DNA from: Chloroflexia bacterium
GTDB lineage: Bacteria > Chloroflexota > Chloroflexia > Thermomicrobiales > UBA6265
DNA length: 64,000 bases
Reading direction: 5' to 3'
Assembly (NCBI GenBank): GCA_013698305.1
Contig: JACCVC010000168.1
Coordinates: forward strand, 8,737-72,736
Below the pieces are notes generated by a model. The model saw only the letters and a list, made by a program, of their open reading frames with translations. It had not been told where the DNA came from and did no database searches. The first letter of the stretch is position 1. Every line of letters begins with the position of its first letter. Position numbers and translations under genes: made by a program. Positions 1 to 8,608 of the stretch are shown here, one piece after another.

Positions 1-300
1 TCCGATCCGGCCAGGCTGTGGAAGATACCGGGGGCGCGAGGCTCCATCGGTTTTATCTCGCCGATCTCCGCGCCGTTCTGCGAGGCCTGCAATCGGGTGC
101 GGCTGACGGCGGACGGTAAGATCCGGCTCTGCCTGATCCGACCGGACGAAGTTGACGTTCGAGACGCGATGCGGTCGGGCGCCTCCGACGATGATCTGCT
201 GCGACTGCTCCGATCAGGAGTCTGGCGCAAGCCATGGGGACACCGGGTTGCCGAGGGGGACCGCAACACAATCCGGGGTATGTCGCAGATCGGTGGCTAA
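1..300 (+). CDS. moaA: GTP 3',8-cyclase MoaA, C-terminal fragment (5' end outside window)
   Basis: Frame 1 is open from base 1 to TAA 298-300. The translation ...SPISAPFCEACNRVRLTADGKIRLCL...RKPWGH matches the conserved MoaA C-terminal Cys cluster region. Confidence 0.85.
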   Translation, partial: SDPARLWKIPGARGSIGFISPISAPFCEACNRVRLTADGKIRLCLIRPDEVDVRDAMRSGASDDDLLRLLRSGVWRKPWGHRVAEGDRNTIRGMSQIGG

Positions 301-421
301 CAGCAGCGAGAGCCCTTTCCATTGTGGTGTACGTACGGTACCATCCAGATAACTTCATGAACGCGAGCGACGCATGGAGCTCGTGTTCGTTGTATCTATA
401 GCAAGGGGAAGGGAGCCGTAG

Positions 422-1834
422 ATGGCGGCGAATGCTGATGGAGCGCTGGAACGTCAATTCAGGTTGAGCGCGCAGGGGACCAACGTCCGCACCGAGTTGA
501 TGGCGGGGCTGACGACCTTCATGGTGATGGCCTACATCATCGCGGTGAATCCGGCGACACTGGGGTTCAATGGCGAGCTGGACATCACCCAGATCGCCAC
601 CGTGACCTGCCTGGTGGCGGGGGTGATGTCGATCGCGATGGGGCTGTACACCAATCGGGCGATCGCGATCGCGCCGGGACTGGGGCTCAACGCGATCGTC
701 GCCTTCACACTCGTCGGCAGTATGGGGCTAACGTTTCCTCAGGCGATGGGCGTGGTGGTGGCGGAAGGCATCATCATCACGATTCTTGTGCTGACCGGGA
801 TCCGGAAGTACGTGCTCGAGGTGGTGCCCATGCCGCTGAAACAGGCGATCAGCGTCGGCATCGGGTTTTTTATCCTCTTTATCGGACTCACGAATGCCGG
901 ATTGATCACGTTCAACACCGGCGTGCCGGATGCTGGTTCAGGAACGTCGGGTGGGTTTCTGGCCTTGTCGCCGCTCAACACCTGGCCGATATTCGTTGTC
1001 GGCATTGGGCTGCTGGTAACAATTGTGCTCACCGCCCGAAAGGTGCGGGCTGCACTGCTGTGGGGCATTCTTGCTGGCACGATCACCGCCTTCATCGTGC
1101 CTGGAGATGTCGCGACGCTGCCAGATGACCCGCTGGGAGGTCCTGATTTCGGACTGCTCGGGCAGTTCAGTTTCAGCTTTATCGCGGAGCTGGGTATCCT
1201 CACCTCGTTGCTGGTCGTGCTGAGCCTGATGCTGGCGGATTTCTTCGATACGATGGGAACGCTGATCGGCGTCGGTGGCCAGGCCGGATACCTGGATGAA
1301 AAGGGCGAACTGCCGGATTCCCAAAAGCCGCTGCTGGTCGATTCACTGGCGGCCATTGCTGGAGGCGCGGCCAGCGCGTCGTCGGCGACGTCGTACATCG
1401 AGTCGTCTGCCGGGGTGGGCGTGGGTGGCCGGTCCGGCCTGGTCTCTGTCACCACCGGAGCGCTGTTCCTGCTCGCGCTGCCGTTCGTGGCGCTGGTGAA
1501 TGCCATTCCCGCCGTGGCGACGGCTCCGGCGCTGATTGTGGTCGGCGTGCTGATGGTGAGCGTTCTCGGCAGTGAAGCAGTATCCGGCGCGGCCAAAAAG
1601 GTGCGTGGGATCGACTTTGCCAACATCGAAGAGAGCCTGCCCGTGGTCGCGACGATGCTGCTAATGCCGCTCACGTTCAACATCACCAACGGCATCGGGG
1701 CTGGCTTCGTCACTTGGGTAGTGATGAAGGTCGCGGCGGGCAAGGGGCGTCAGGTTCACCCCGCGCTCTATGTGGTCGCGGCGGCATTCCTCTTGTACTT
1801 CCTTCGCTGGGCGTTGTTCGACGCGGACTTTTAG
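422..1834 (+). CDS. NCS2/AzgA-family purine (adenine/guanine/hypoxanthine) permease
   Basis: 470-aa polytopic membrane protein. The N-terminus ...FRLSAQGTNVRTELMAGLTTFMVMAYIIAVNP is typical of PurP/PbuG/AzgA permeases. GGGAG RBS before ATG 422. Confidence 0.9.
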   Translation: MAANADGALERQFRLSAQGTNVRTELMAGLTTFMVMAYIIAVNPATLGFNGELDITQIATVTCLVAGVMSIAMGLYTNRAIAIAPGLGLNAIVAFTLVGSMGLTFPQAMGVVVAEGIIITILVLTGIRKYVLEVVPMPLKQAISVGIGFFILFIGLTNAGLITFNTGVPDAGSGTSGGFLALSPLNTWPIFVVGIGLLVTIVLTARKVRAALLWGILAGTITAFIVPGDVATLPDDPLGGPDFGLLGQFSFSFIAELGILTSLLVVLSLMLADFFDTMGTLIGVGGQAGYLDEKGELPDSQKPLLVDSLAAIAGGAASASSATSYIESSAGVGVGGRSGLVSVTTGALFLLALPFVALVNAIPAVATAPALIVVGVLMVSVLGSEAVSGAAKKVRGIDFANIEESLPVVATMLLMPLTFNITNGIGAGFVTWVVMKVAAGKGRQVHPALYVVAAAFLLYFLRWALFDADF

Positions 1835-1898
1835 GCGCAACGGACCGACATCAAGCAAACCGACACAAGGTCGGTCCCTACGAGAAGAGGGATCTGTC

Positions 1899-2867
1899 GT
1901 GCGAGAGCCGATTCGAGTTTTTGTGATTTGCCTGCCATCGCCTGAGGAGCATATCAACAATCTGCGAACCGCTTTTCCGGAGGTCGAGTTTCGGACGGTT
2001 GAGAATGATGACCTCCCAGCGTCGTTGGTGACCGCCGATGCGGTGGCGGCGTGGCGCATCCCCGAGGAGGCAATCGCGGCCGCATCGAACCTGAAATGGA
2101 TCCATCGAGGCGCGGCGGGAGTCGAGGACCTGATCACGCCGACGTTGCGAGACAGCGACATCATTCTGACCAACAGCAGCGGTGTCCATGCGACCAACAT
2201 TGCCGAGCACGTGCTGGCGATGATGCTGTCATTCGCCCGAGGGTTTCCGTCGTTGTTCCGCATGCAACAAGACCGGGTCTGGGACGGTAGCCGGCTGGAC
2301 ACACAGGTATTCGAGCTCACGGGCCAGACGGTCGTGCTCGTGGGGGTCGGGGAGATCGGGCAGGCCGTGGCGGGCAGGGCCAGGGCGCTGGGAATGAGCA
2401 CGATCGGCGTTAGGCGGCGATCGGACCAGGGTCGGCCTGACGCGATCGACATGATGGTGGGAATCGAGCGCCTGTCCGAGGTGCTTGCCTCAGCCGATCA
2501 TGTAGTGAACAGCCTGCCATTCACGGAGGGCACGCAGTCGTTATTCGACGCGACGGCGTTCGACGCGATGAAGATGGGCGCGCATTTTTACAATGTCGGG
2601 CGCGGCAGGACCGTTGACACCGATGCGCTGGTAGCCGCGATCAGGACGGGCAAGATCGCCGGGGCGGGACTGGACGTGACCGATCCGGAGCCGTTGCCGC
2701 GTGATTCCAAGCTGTGGGATCTCCCCAACGTGATTCTCACGGCGCACACCGCCGGGCGCACCCCACACATGTGGGATCGTGTGTTCAGCTTGATCGAGAC
2801 CAATCTGGAGCGGTATCAGCGCGGCGACGATCTGGTCAACGTAGTCGATGTCGACTCCGGCTATTGA
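1899..2867 (+). CDS. D-isomer-specific 2-hydroxyacid dehydrogenase, NAD-binding
   Basis: GxGxxG-type motif VVLVGVGEIGQAV and catalytic-region motifs (NVGRGRTVD, LTAHTAG). GTG 1899 follows a GAAGAGGG RBS. The track ORF start at 1770 would overlap the permease. Confidence 0.85.
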   Translation: MREPIRVFVICLPSPEEHINNLRTAFPEVEFRTVENDDLPASLVTADAVAAWRIPEEAIAAASNLKWIHRGAAGVEDLITPTLRDSDIILTNSSGVHATNIAEHVLAMMLSFARGFPSLFRMQQDRVWDGSRLDTQVFELTGQTVVLVGVGEIGQAVAGRARALGMSTIGVRRRSDQGRPDAIDMMVGIERLSEVLASADHVVNSLPFTEGTQSLFDATAFDAMKMGAHFYNVGRGRTVDTDALVAAIRTGKIAGAGLDVTDPEPLPRDSKLWDLPNVILTAHTAGRTPHMWDRVFSLIETNLERYQRGDDLVNVVDVDSGY

Positions 2868-4048
2868 GGCCCGAGTGATGCTCCCGGTCCGAATGTGCAG
2901 ACTTTGAGTGATTGTTCCGGCTCGAGATCGTGCCGGGTGAAAAAACTTTCGTCCAATTCCTTCTTGATGTCCTCGACCGCATCCTCATGGAGCAGCGCCA
3001 GGGCCGGGCCGCCTTCGCCGCCGCCCATCATCCGTGCGCCCAGGACCCCTGGCAGGCTCATCAGAATGCTTACCAGCTCTTCCACGACCGGATGGCTGAT
3101 GTCATAGCTGATGGCGGAGGAGCGTCCTGACGCCGACATCAACTCTCCGAACTCTACCCAGTCCTGATGTTCGATGGCGGCAACTCCCTGTCGAACTCGA
3201 TCCGTCTCCGAGACGACGTGATCTACCCGGTCGGGCAGAGGAGACGGCAGCCAGCTCAAGTCATCGGCGCGAAGCGTCTGCCAGGTAGCGCTGTCGAGAT
3301 CGGTGAGGCTGCGAAGCTCCGGATGTCCATGGATTCTCAGGGCGTCTAGCGCTTGCTGGCTCTCGCGGACTCGGGTTGGGTAGGCCGACTGGTTGAGCGC
3401 ATGGTAGACGCCGCTGTTCGCGACGGCAAAGACGCGATTGCCTAGCTCGGGATTGATGGGGGTGACCTCGCCTGTAGCGCCGTCGAACAGGATGACGCCT
3501 CCCGCGACCGAGATTGACTGGTCCATCGCTCCAACGGGCGCGCCGGTGAGGTGCTCCGCGCGACGGGCTATGTCAATGATCTGCGACGAGGATAGCTCGG
3601 TATCCGCAAGCAGGTTTGTCAGCGCAACACAAAGCGCCGCTGACGAACTCATGCCGAATCCGAGTGGGACGTCGCCGGTGACGACGATCTCCTGGCCATC
3701 CCTTGCTGGCAATTCTGACTCGTGGAGTGCTTGAAGGATGCCGCCCAGGTAGTCGGCTGGCGTCGTGGCGGCGTCCACATCACCCACTGACGGATTGAGG
3801 GTATTGACGGTTGCGACGTCCTGGTCCAGATCGATAGCGAGCAACCTCGTCGTGCCCACGCTCTCGCGATTCGCGCAGGCGCTAGCGGTGACGAACCGGT
3901 CAATCGCTGCCGCGAGCACGGGGCCTCCATTGTAGTCGACGTGGTTGCCGAGCAACTCCAGGCGGCCGGGCGCTCGTGAAATCAACTCAGGACGCCAGCT
4001 AGGCCCGAACGCTCGTTTGGCACGCTCGATGGCAGCCTCGTCACTCAT
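2861..4048 (-). CDS. GHMP sugar kinase, galactokinase family
   Basis: N-terminal galactokinase-like signature APGRLELLGNHVDYNGG and GHMP ATP motif PLGFGMSSSAALCVA. Confidence 0.8.
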   Translation of the reverse strand: MSDEAAIERAKRAFGPSWRPELISRAPGRLELLGNHVDYNGGPVLAAAIDRFVTASACANRESVGTTRLLAIDLDQDVATVNTLNPSVGDVDAATTPADYLGGILQALHESELPARDGQEIVVTGDVPLGFGMSSSAALCVALTNLLADTELSSSQIIDIARRAEHLTGAPVGAMDQSISVAGGVILFDGATGEVTPINPELGNRVFAVANSGVYHALNQSAYPTRVRESQQALDALRIHGHPELRSLTDLDSATWQTLRADDLSWLPSPLPDRVDHVVSETDRVRQGVAAIEHQDWVEFGELMSASGRSSAISYDISHPVVEELVSILMSLPGVLGARMMGGGEGGPALALLHEDAVEDIKKELDESFFTRHDLEPEQSLKVCTFGPGASLGPQ

Positions 4049-4068
4049 AAAGATTTGACCTCGATTGG

Positions 4069-4770
4069 TTATCGACGCATCGCCACTGTCTTGAACGCCT
4101 CGCCCAGTTCGAATGGATGATCCTTCGCGACGTCCTCGTGCCGCTCACGCATCCGCTCGGCAAGGTTCTCACCGCTGCCAACCTGGCTCTTGTGCGCCAG
4201 CAGTGCATTAACCTTGGCATCAAAATGATCGGTGATGTCGACCACGATGTCGGGTGTCTCAGGGCCGAAATACCAGATCTCCGCCGTCTTGTGCGGCTCA
4301 AGCCCCTGGGCGCGGTGCTCGGGAAAGTACAGCGGATCGCGCGCCAAGGGGTATACCGAGTCATGGGTCGTGATCCCGACCGCCCGATGGTCGGGATGCA
4401 GCGCATACGGGCGGAACGGGTCGTGGGTGACGATGACGTCCGGCCGGAACATGCGAATCATGCGGATGATCTTCTCGCGCAGCTCGACGGTCGGGAAGAC
4501 GTGACCGTCCCCTTCGCGCAGGAACTCGACGTGCTTTGCCCCGAGACGGCGCGCCGCTTCCTGTTCCTCGGCCTCTCGAGTTGCGCCTACAGTCTCCGGT
4601 GGAAGTGAGTCGTCCGATGCGCCGCGGTCGCCGGACGTGACCTGAATGATGATGACGTCCTTTCCCTCGCTGGCGAGTTTGTGGATGGTGCCGGCGGACG
4701 AGAACTCGGCGTCGTCCGGGTGGGCGACGACCCACATGTAGGTTTGAAAATCCTGATCGGGCTCGGTCAC
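4069..4770 (-). CDS. PIG-L/LmbE-family N-acetylglucosaminyl deacetylase
   Basis: The AHPDDAE motif near the N-terminus and the downstream HPDH motif are characteristic of PIG-L deacetylases. GTG start. Confidence 0.85.
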   Translation of the reverse strand: MTEPDQDFQTYMWVVAHPDDAEFSSAGTIHKLASEGKDVIIIQVTSGDRGASDDSLPPETVGATREAEEQEAARRLGAKHVEFLREGDGHVFPTVELREKIIRMIRMFRPDVIVTHDPFRPYALHPDHRAVGITTHDSVYPLARDPLYFPEHRAQGLEPHKTAEIWYFGPETPDIVVDITDHFDAKVNALLAHKSQVGSGENLAERMRERHEDVAKDHPFELGEAFKTVAMRR

Positions 4771-4809
4771 GATACGTTCAGTCTCCGATGTGATGGGCGG
4801 GAGCGGCAG

Positions 4810-6126
4810 TTACGCGGGCATCAGGTTGCGAATTTCTTCTACAAGGAGGCCCAGCTGGGCCTCAACCTGGATTCCGCTCCGCAGATTCTTGACCGAGACG
4901 ACGCCGCGGTCAAGCTCCTCCGATCCAGGAATCACGGCGAGCGGGATGCCCTTGCGGTCGGCGTACTTGAACTGCGCGCCCAGACCGCGATTGTCGAGTA
5001 TCGATTGATCGACCCGAAGCCCTTCGTCGCGGAGCTCCCTGGCGATCCGCGATCCTTCCGCCGCGGAGTCTGCGAGGTAGGCGACGAATACATCAGCTGG
5101 CGTGTCGGGAGCGCTCACGAGATCATGTTCGCGCACGACTTCAAGAATGCGCTCGAAGCCAAGCGACATGCCGGTTGCGGGGATCTTGCGTCCCACGAAG
5201 TTGCCGACCAGCTCGTCATATCGACCTGCTCCAGCGATCGAGCCAACCCTGGGAGATTCGACACGCGCTTCACAGACCGGGCCGGTGTAGTAGTCGATGC
5301 CACGCGCAAGCGAGAAGTCGATTTTCCATCCGTGGCTATGCACACCGAGGTTCTCGAGGTGGTGGACCAGCGATGCAAGCTCCTCGACGGCCTGGGGACC
5401 ACCATCGACGTCCGCCAGTCTCGCTTTCGCGATGGCCAGCAAGTCGTCCGGGTCGCCCTGTTGCAGCACCAGTTCGAGAATCTGATCGGCGCTGGCCTCG
5501 GTGACGCCGGTGGAGACGAGATCCTTGCGTACGCCCTCCGGGCCGATCTTGTCCAGCTTGTCGATTGCCCGGAAGATGCCCACAGAGTGTGCGGCGTCGA
5601 CCCCGGCCAACAGCGCCATGGACTCAAGCACCCGACGGTGGTTGATGTGGATGACTGTCTGAGGAAGCCCGACTGCGTGGATGGCGTCGGACATCACGCT
5701 TATGCACTCCGCGTCGGCCAGCATGGATGGCGAACCGACGATATCGGCGTCACACTGCAAAAACTCACGGAAACGGCCTCGCTGAGGCTTTTCAGCACGC
5801 CAGACAGGCGCGATGTGATAGCGCTTGAACGGCAGCACGACATCGTTTTCATGCATCGCCATGAAGCGGGCCAGCGGCACCGTGAGGTCGTAGCGCAGCC
5901 CGACCGCCCGGCCCCCATGATCCTCGAAGTGATACATGAGCTTTTCGTTCTCACCCGCCTGGCCGGTGAGAACGTCCAGATGTTCGAGTGCGGGCGTGTC
6001 GATCGGCTCGAACCCATGGCGTTCGAAGACGGTGCGAATGGCACCGATCAAACGCTGGCGCAGCATCATGTCGGCTGGTGGGTAGTCCCGGAATCCCTTG
6101 AGGATCCGGGCGTTCTGTTTTGCCAT
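4810..6126 (-). CDS. hisS: Histidine--tRNA ligase
   Basis: 438 aa. Class II aaRS HisRS motifs (GFRDYPP, RYDLTVPLAR, FLQCDADIVG, GGRYDELV) and an anticodon-binding C-terminus. Confidence 0.95.
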   Translation of the reverse strand: MAKQNARILKGFRDYPPADMMLRQRLIGAIRTVFERHGFEPIDTPALEHLDVLTGQAGENEKLMYHFEDHGGRAVGLRYDLTVPLARFMAMHENDVVLPFKRYHIAPVWRAEKPQRGRFREFLQCDADIVGSPSMLADAECISVMSDAIHAVGLPQTVIHINHRRVLESMALLAGVDAAHSVGIFRAIDKLDKIGPEGVRKDLVSTGVTEASADQILELVLQQGDPDDLLAIAKARLADVDGGPQAVEELASLVHHLENLGVHSHGWKIDFSLARGIDYYTGPVCEARVESPRVGSIAGAGRYDELVGNFVGRKIPATGMSLGFERILEVVREHDLVSAPDTPADVFVAYLADSAAEGSRIARELRDEGLRVDQSILDNRGLGAQFKYADRKGIPLAVIPGSEELDRGVVSVKNLRSGIQVEAQLGLLVEEIRNLMPA

Positions 6127-6142
6127 GTGAGGCGGTTCCTTG

Positions 6143-6703
6143 CTAGTCGGTATGGGTGTAGGATCGATGTTTCTTGAGCTCGTAGACGACGTGGGAAAGC
6201 TCCGGGCCGATCAACTTTTCCATAGCGAGGCGCACCGCGTTGGATGACCCGGGTAGGGCGAAGATCGCGGTTGCGCCCACGCTTCCGGCTATCGCGCGGG
6301 ACAGCATCGCCGCAGCGCCGATCTCCTGCCAGGAGATCATCCGGAACAGCTCGCCGAACCCGTCGAGCGTTTTGTCGAGCAGCCCCGCGACCACGTCGTG
6401 CGTCGAGTCCCGGCTCGAGATTCCCGTACCTCCGTTGGTGATGATAGCGCTGATCGCCGGATTGGCGATCCACCTGGTGAGCAGGTCGCGCATGGTGTCC
6501 GGGTCATCGGGCAGGATTTCGTAGGCGACCACTGAGTGTCCTCGCCATGTGAGGAACTCCCTGATCATGGCGCCGCTTCGGTCGTCGTCGGGGCCGCGGG
6601 TGTCGCTCAGGGTCAACACCGCGACCGGGACGGAGTCGGGCGATTCCTCCCGATGCTGTTCTGAAGGCGATTCTGTTGTGCTACTCGGAAAATGCTGAGT
6701 CAT
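6143..6703 (-). CDS. moaB: Molybdenum cofactor biosynthesis protein B (MoaB/Mog family)
   Basis: MoCF_biosynth domain with LTLSDTR...DDRSG and ITNGGTGISSRD motifs. Confidence 0.85.
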   Translation of the reverse strand: MTQHFPSSTTESPSEQHREESPDSVPVAVLTLSDTRGPDDDRSGAMIREFLTWRGHSVVAYEILPDDPDTMRDLLTRWIANPAISAIITNGGTGISSRDSTHDVVAGLLDKTLDGFGELFRMISWQEIGAAAMLSRAIAGSVGATAIFALPGSSNAVRLAMEKLIGPELSHVVYELKKHRSYTHTD

Positions 6704-6886
6704 GCGGTGACTTGCTCCCGGTTGCGAGTTTCATCGAGCTGGTCGGCATATAAACCTCGCTCGTCTCGTACTATCGACGTATGGCCGAGGCTCCACTCTG
6801 GAGACGTGCCTGCCGAGTTGGCTGGCTGGGTTGCCCGCCAATCATGGTGAGATGGTACCGGAAATCGGCGCAGCCGACCGCTATTC

Positions 6887-6990
6887 ATACCAAGTCCGGC
6901 TAATCACCCGGTTAACGAGTACAGCGCTCGCTCCGCAAGTACGGGTTTTTCTCGTTACGGGTTGCCGCAGTAATCAAACGGACTTGGTAT
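6887..6990. repeat. 104-nt extended imperfect hairpin (12-bp perfect outer inverted repeat plus inner 11-bp stem)
   Basis: ATACCAAGTCCG (6887-6898) is the exact reverse complement of CGGACTTGGTAT (6979-6990). Inner pairing is CCCG..TAACGAG (6907-6919) with CTCGTTA CGGG (6951-6961). Direct TAATCA copies at 6901 and 6971. Confidence 0.5.
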
Positions 6991-7373
6991 CAGTCCTCGT
7001 AGATGGCATTCACGAAGTGATCTACAGCGCTAACGAGGCCGTCTCGAGCGAGAGTGACCGCAACGATGTCGCATCGCCACACATCATCGTCGAACTCGGG
7101 GTGGGCCGCGATGAATGCTTCCGCGGCGTCCAGCACACGACTCGCCTTGATCGACGTGACGGCTTCGGAGGCGTGACCAGCCCAATCACCGGTGCGCGTC
7201 TTGACTTCGACGAACACCAATTCTGCACCGTCCCGCATGACCAGATCGAGCTCGCCAGCGCGGCAGCGCCAGTTTGCGGCGACGAAGCGATATCCCCGCG
7301 CCTCCAGATAGAGACGGGTGTGCCGCTCCCCGGCTCGTCCGAATGCCGCTCTCGTGTCGGAGCTACGCGCCAT
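6990..7373 (-). CDS. yraN: YraN-family (UPF0102) endonuclease-like protein
   Basis: GERHTRLYLEARGYRFVAANWRCRAGELDLVMRDG..LVFVEVKTR matches the YraN family. ATG 7373 gives 127 aa, overlaps the rnhB stop by 11 nt, and is the usual rnhB-yraN pairing. Confidence 0.85.
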   Translation of the reverse strand: MARSSDTRAAFGRAGERHTRLYLEARGYRFVAANWRCRAGELDLVMRDGAELVFVEVKTRTGDWAGHASEAVTSIKASRVLDAAEAFIAAHPEFDDDVWRCDIVAVTLARDGLVSAVDHFVNAIYED

Positions 7374-8010
7374 GGATCGCCGCACATTCCGCGACCGGTC
7401 GAAAGCTGGCGCGGTGATAGACGCAGGGCCCGAGGGTGGCCAACGCCGCGAGGTGGGCCGATACGCCGTAGCCCTTGTTGCGATCCCAGCCATAGTGGGG
7501 CCAATCGGTCGAAAGCTCGACCATCCAGGCGTCGCGATGCACCTTGGCGACAATGGAGGCGGCGGCGATCGAGAGGGACCGGGCATCACCGCCGATGATG
7601 CCGAACTGGGGCAATCCGTCGTCGATGGTCATAGCGTCGATGAGCAGGCAGTCTGGCTGGATGCGGTTGCTGAGCTTTCGCAGCGCCAACTCCATCACCA
7701 TCCGATTGGCGGCGGCGAGACCGATGGCGTCGATCGTGGCCGCGTCAATCATGGCGACATCGCAGGTTGCGTGTTGGAGGATGCCGGCTGACAGGACCAC
7801 ACGCCGTGCCGGCAAGAGTGTTTTGGAGTCCTGTACCCTTGACCAGAGGTCGGCGGCCAGGCTCAGGTCTCGCGGCAAGGCGACAGCGGCGGCGGCGATG
7901 GGACCCGCCAAGGCTCCACGACCCACCTCGTCGAGTCCGACGATGTGCCGGTATCCGGCATGGGTGAGGCCGCGTTCATATTCAAGCAGATCGGGCGAAT
8001 CAACCTTCAT
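7363..8010 (-). CDS. rnhB: Ribonuclease HII
   Basis: GLDEVGRGALAGPI active-site motif, DSK and DAMT motifs. Start trimmed to ATG 8010 (MKVDSPDLLE...). Confidence 0.9.
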   Translation of the reverse strand: MKVDSPDLLEYERGLTHAGYRHIVGLDEVGRGALAGPIAAAAVALPRDLSLAADLWSRVQDSKTLLPARRVVLSAGILQHATCDVAMIDAATIDAIGLAAANRMVMELALRKLSNRIQPDCLLIDAMTIDDGLPQFGIIGGDARSLSIAAASIVAKVHRDAWMVELSTDWPHYGWDRNKGYGVSAHLAALATLGPCVYHRASFRPVAECAAIHGA

Positions 8011-8116
8011 GCACTCAGGATAGCGCGGACACGAAAACGTGGTCGAGGATGAGACATCCCGACCACGTTTCTCCATGACCGACACGAAGCCAGCCACTGA
8101 CATTATCGCCAACGCG

Positions 8117-8479
8117 CTACCGATTCAGATCGCGGCGTCGCTCTGGGATTCGGGCGGCGCGGCCGGTTCGTCCGCGGAGGTAGTAGAGCTTGGCGCGACG
8201 AACGCGGCCAAAGCGGGTGACCTCAATGTGGTCAATGCGGGGAGAGTGGATCAGGAAAGTCCGCTCGACGCCAATGCCGTGGGCGGCCATCCGGCGGACC
8301 GTGAAGTTCTCGTTGATGCCACCGCCACGGCGACGGATCACGACTCCCTCGAACACCTGGATACGCTCTCGCGTTCCCTCGACCACCTTGGCGTGGACAC
8401 GAACGGTGTCGCCCGCGCCAAAATCAGGGATTTCCCGTTGTTGTTCCTGCTCCAGTGAGCGAATCAGCTCTACAACCAT
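8117..8479 (-). CDS. rplS: 50S ribosomal protein L19
   Basis: [45 protein letters not shown] is the canonical L19 sequence. Start at ATG 8479 (120 aa). Confidence 0.95.
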   Translation of the reverse strand: MVVELIRSLEQEQQREIPDFGAGDTVRVHAKVVEGTRERIQVFEGVVIRRRGGGINENFTVRRMAAHGIGVERTFLIHSPRIDHIEVTRFGRVRRAKLYYLRGRTGRAARIPERRRDLNR

Positions 8480-8584
8480 TACGCGTTGGTCCTTACGTGC
8501 TTGCGGGTCTGTTCGTGCCCCGGAACGATTGTCGTCATGAGAAAGGCGCACGCCATACCACCCAGCGGCGGCGGGCACCGAAGG

Positions 8585-8593
8585 AGTGTACCA
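8585..8593 (-). promoter_or_regulatory. Candidate extended -10 element (TGGTACACT) upstream of rplS
   Basis: The reverse complement of 8585-8593 reads TGGTACACT, about 106 nt upstream of the rplS start. No good -35. Confidence 0.25.
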
Positions 8594-8608
8594 CGAAGTT
8601 TGCTCAAA

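Noticed and set aside
301-421. Possible purine riboswitch upstream of the purine permease
   Set aside because: The 121-nt gap lacks the conserved purine-riboswitch loop and junction sequences as far as I can tell by eye.
4681-6177. 498-aa plus-strand ORF
   Set aside because: It is entirely antisense to hisS, whose translation is unmistakable. The ORF's sequence is Arg/Gly/Asp/Val-rich and matches nothing I recognise. This is a typical high-GC shadow ORF.
6704-6886. Possible Moco riboswitch in the moaB leader
   Set aside because: Only a weak resemblance is present (GGAGCCUCGGCC on the coding strand, plus small hairpins). I cannot reproduce the Moco motif architecture from memory, so I make no claim. 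cmsearch with RF01055 would decide.
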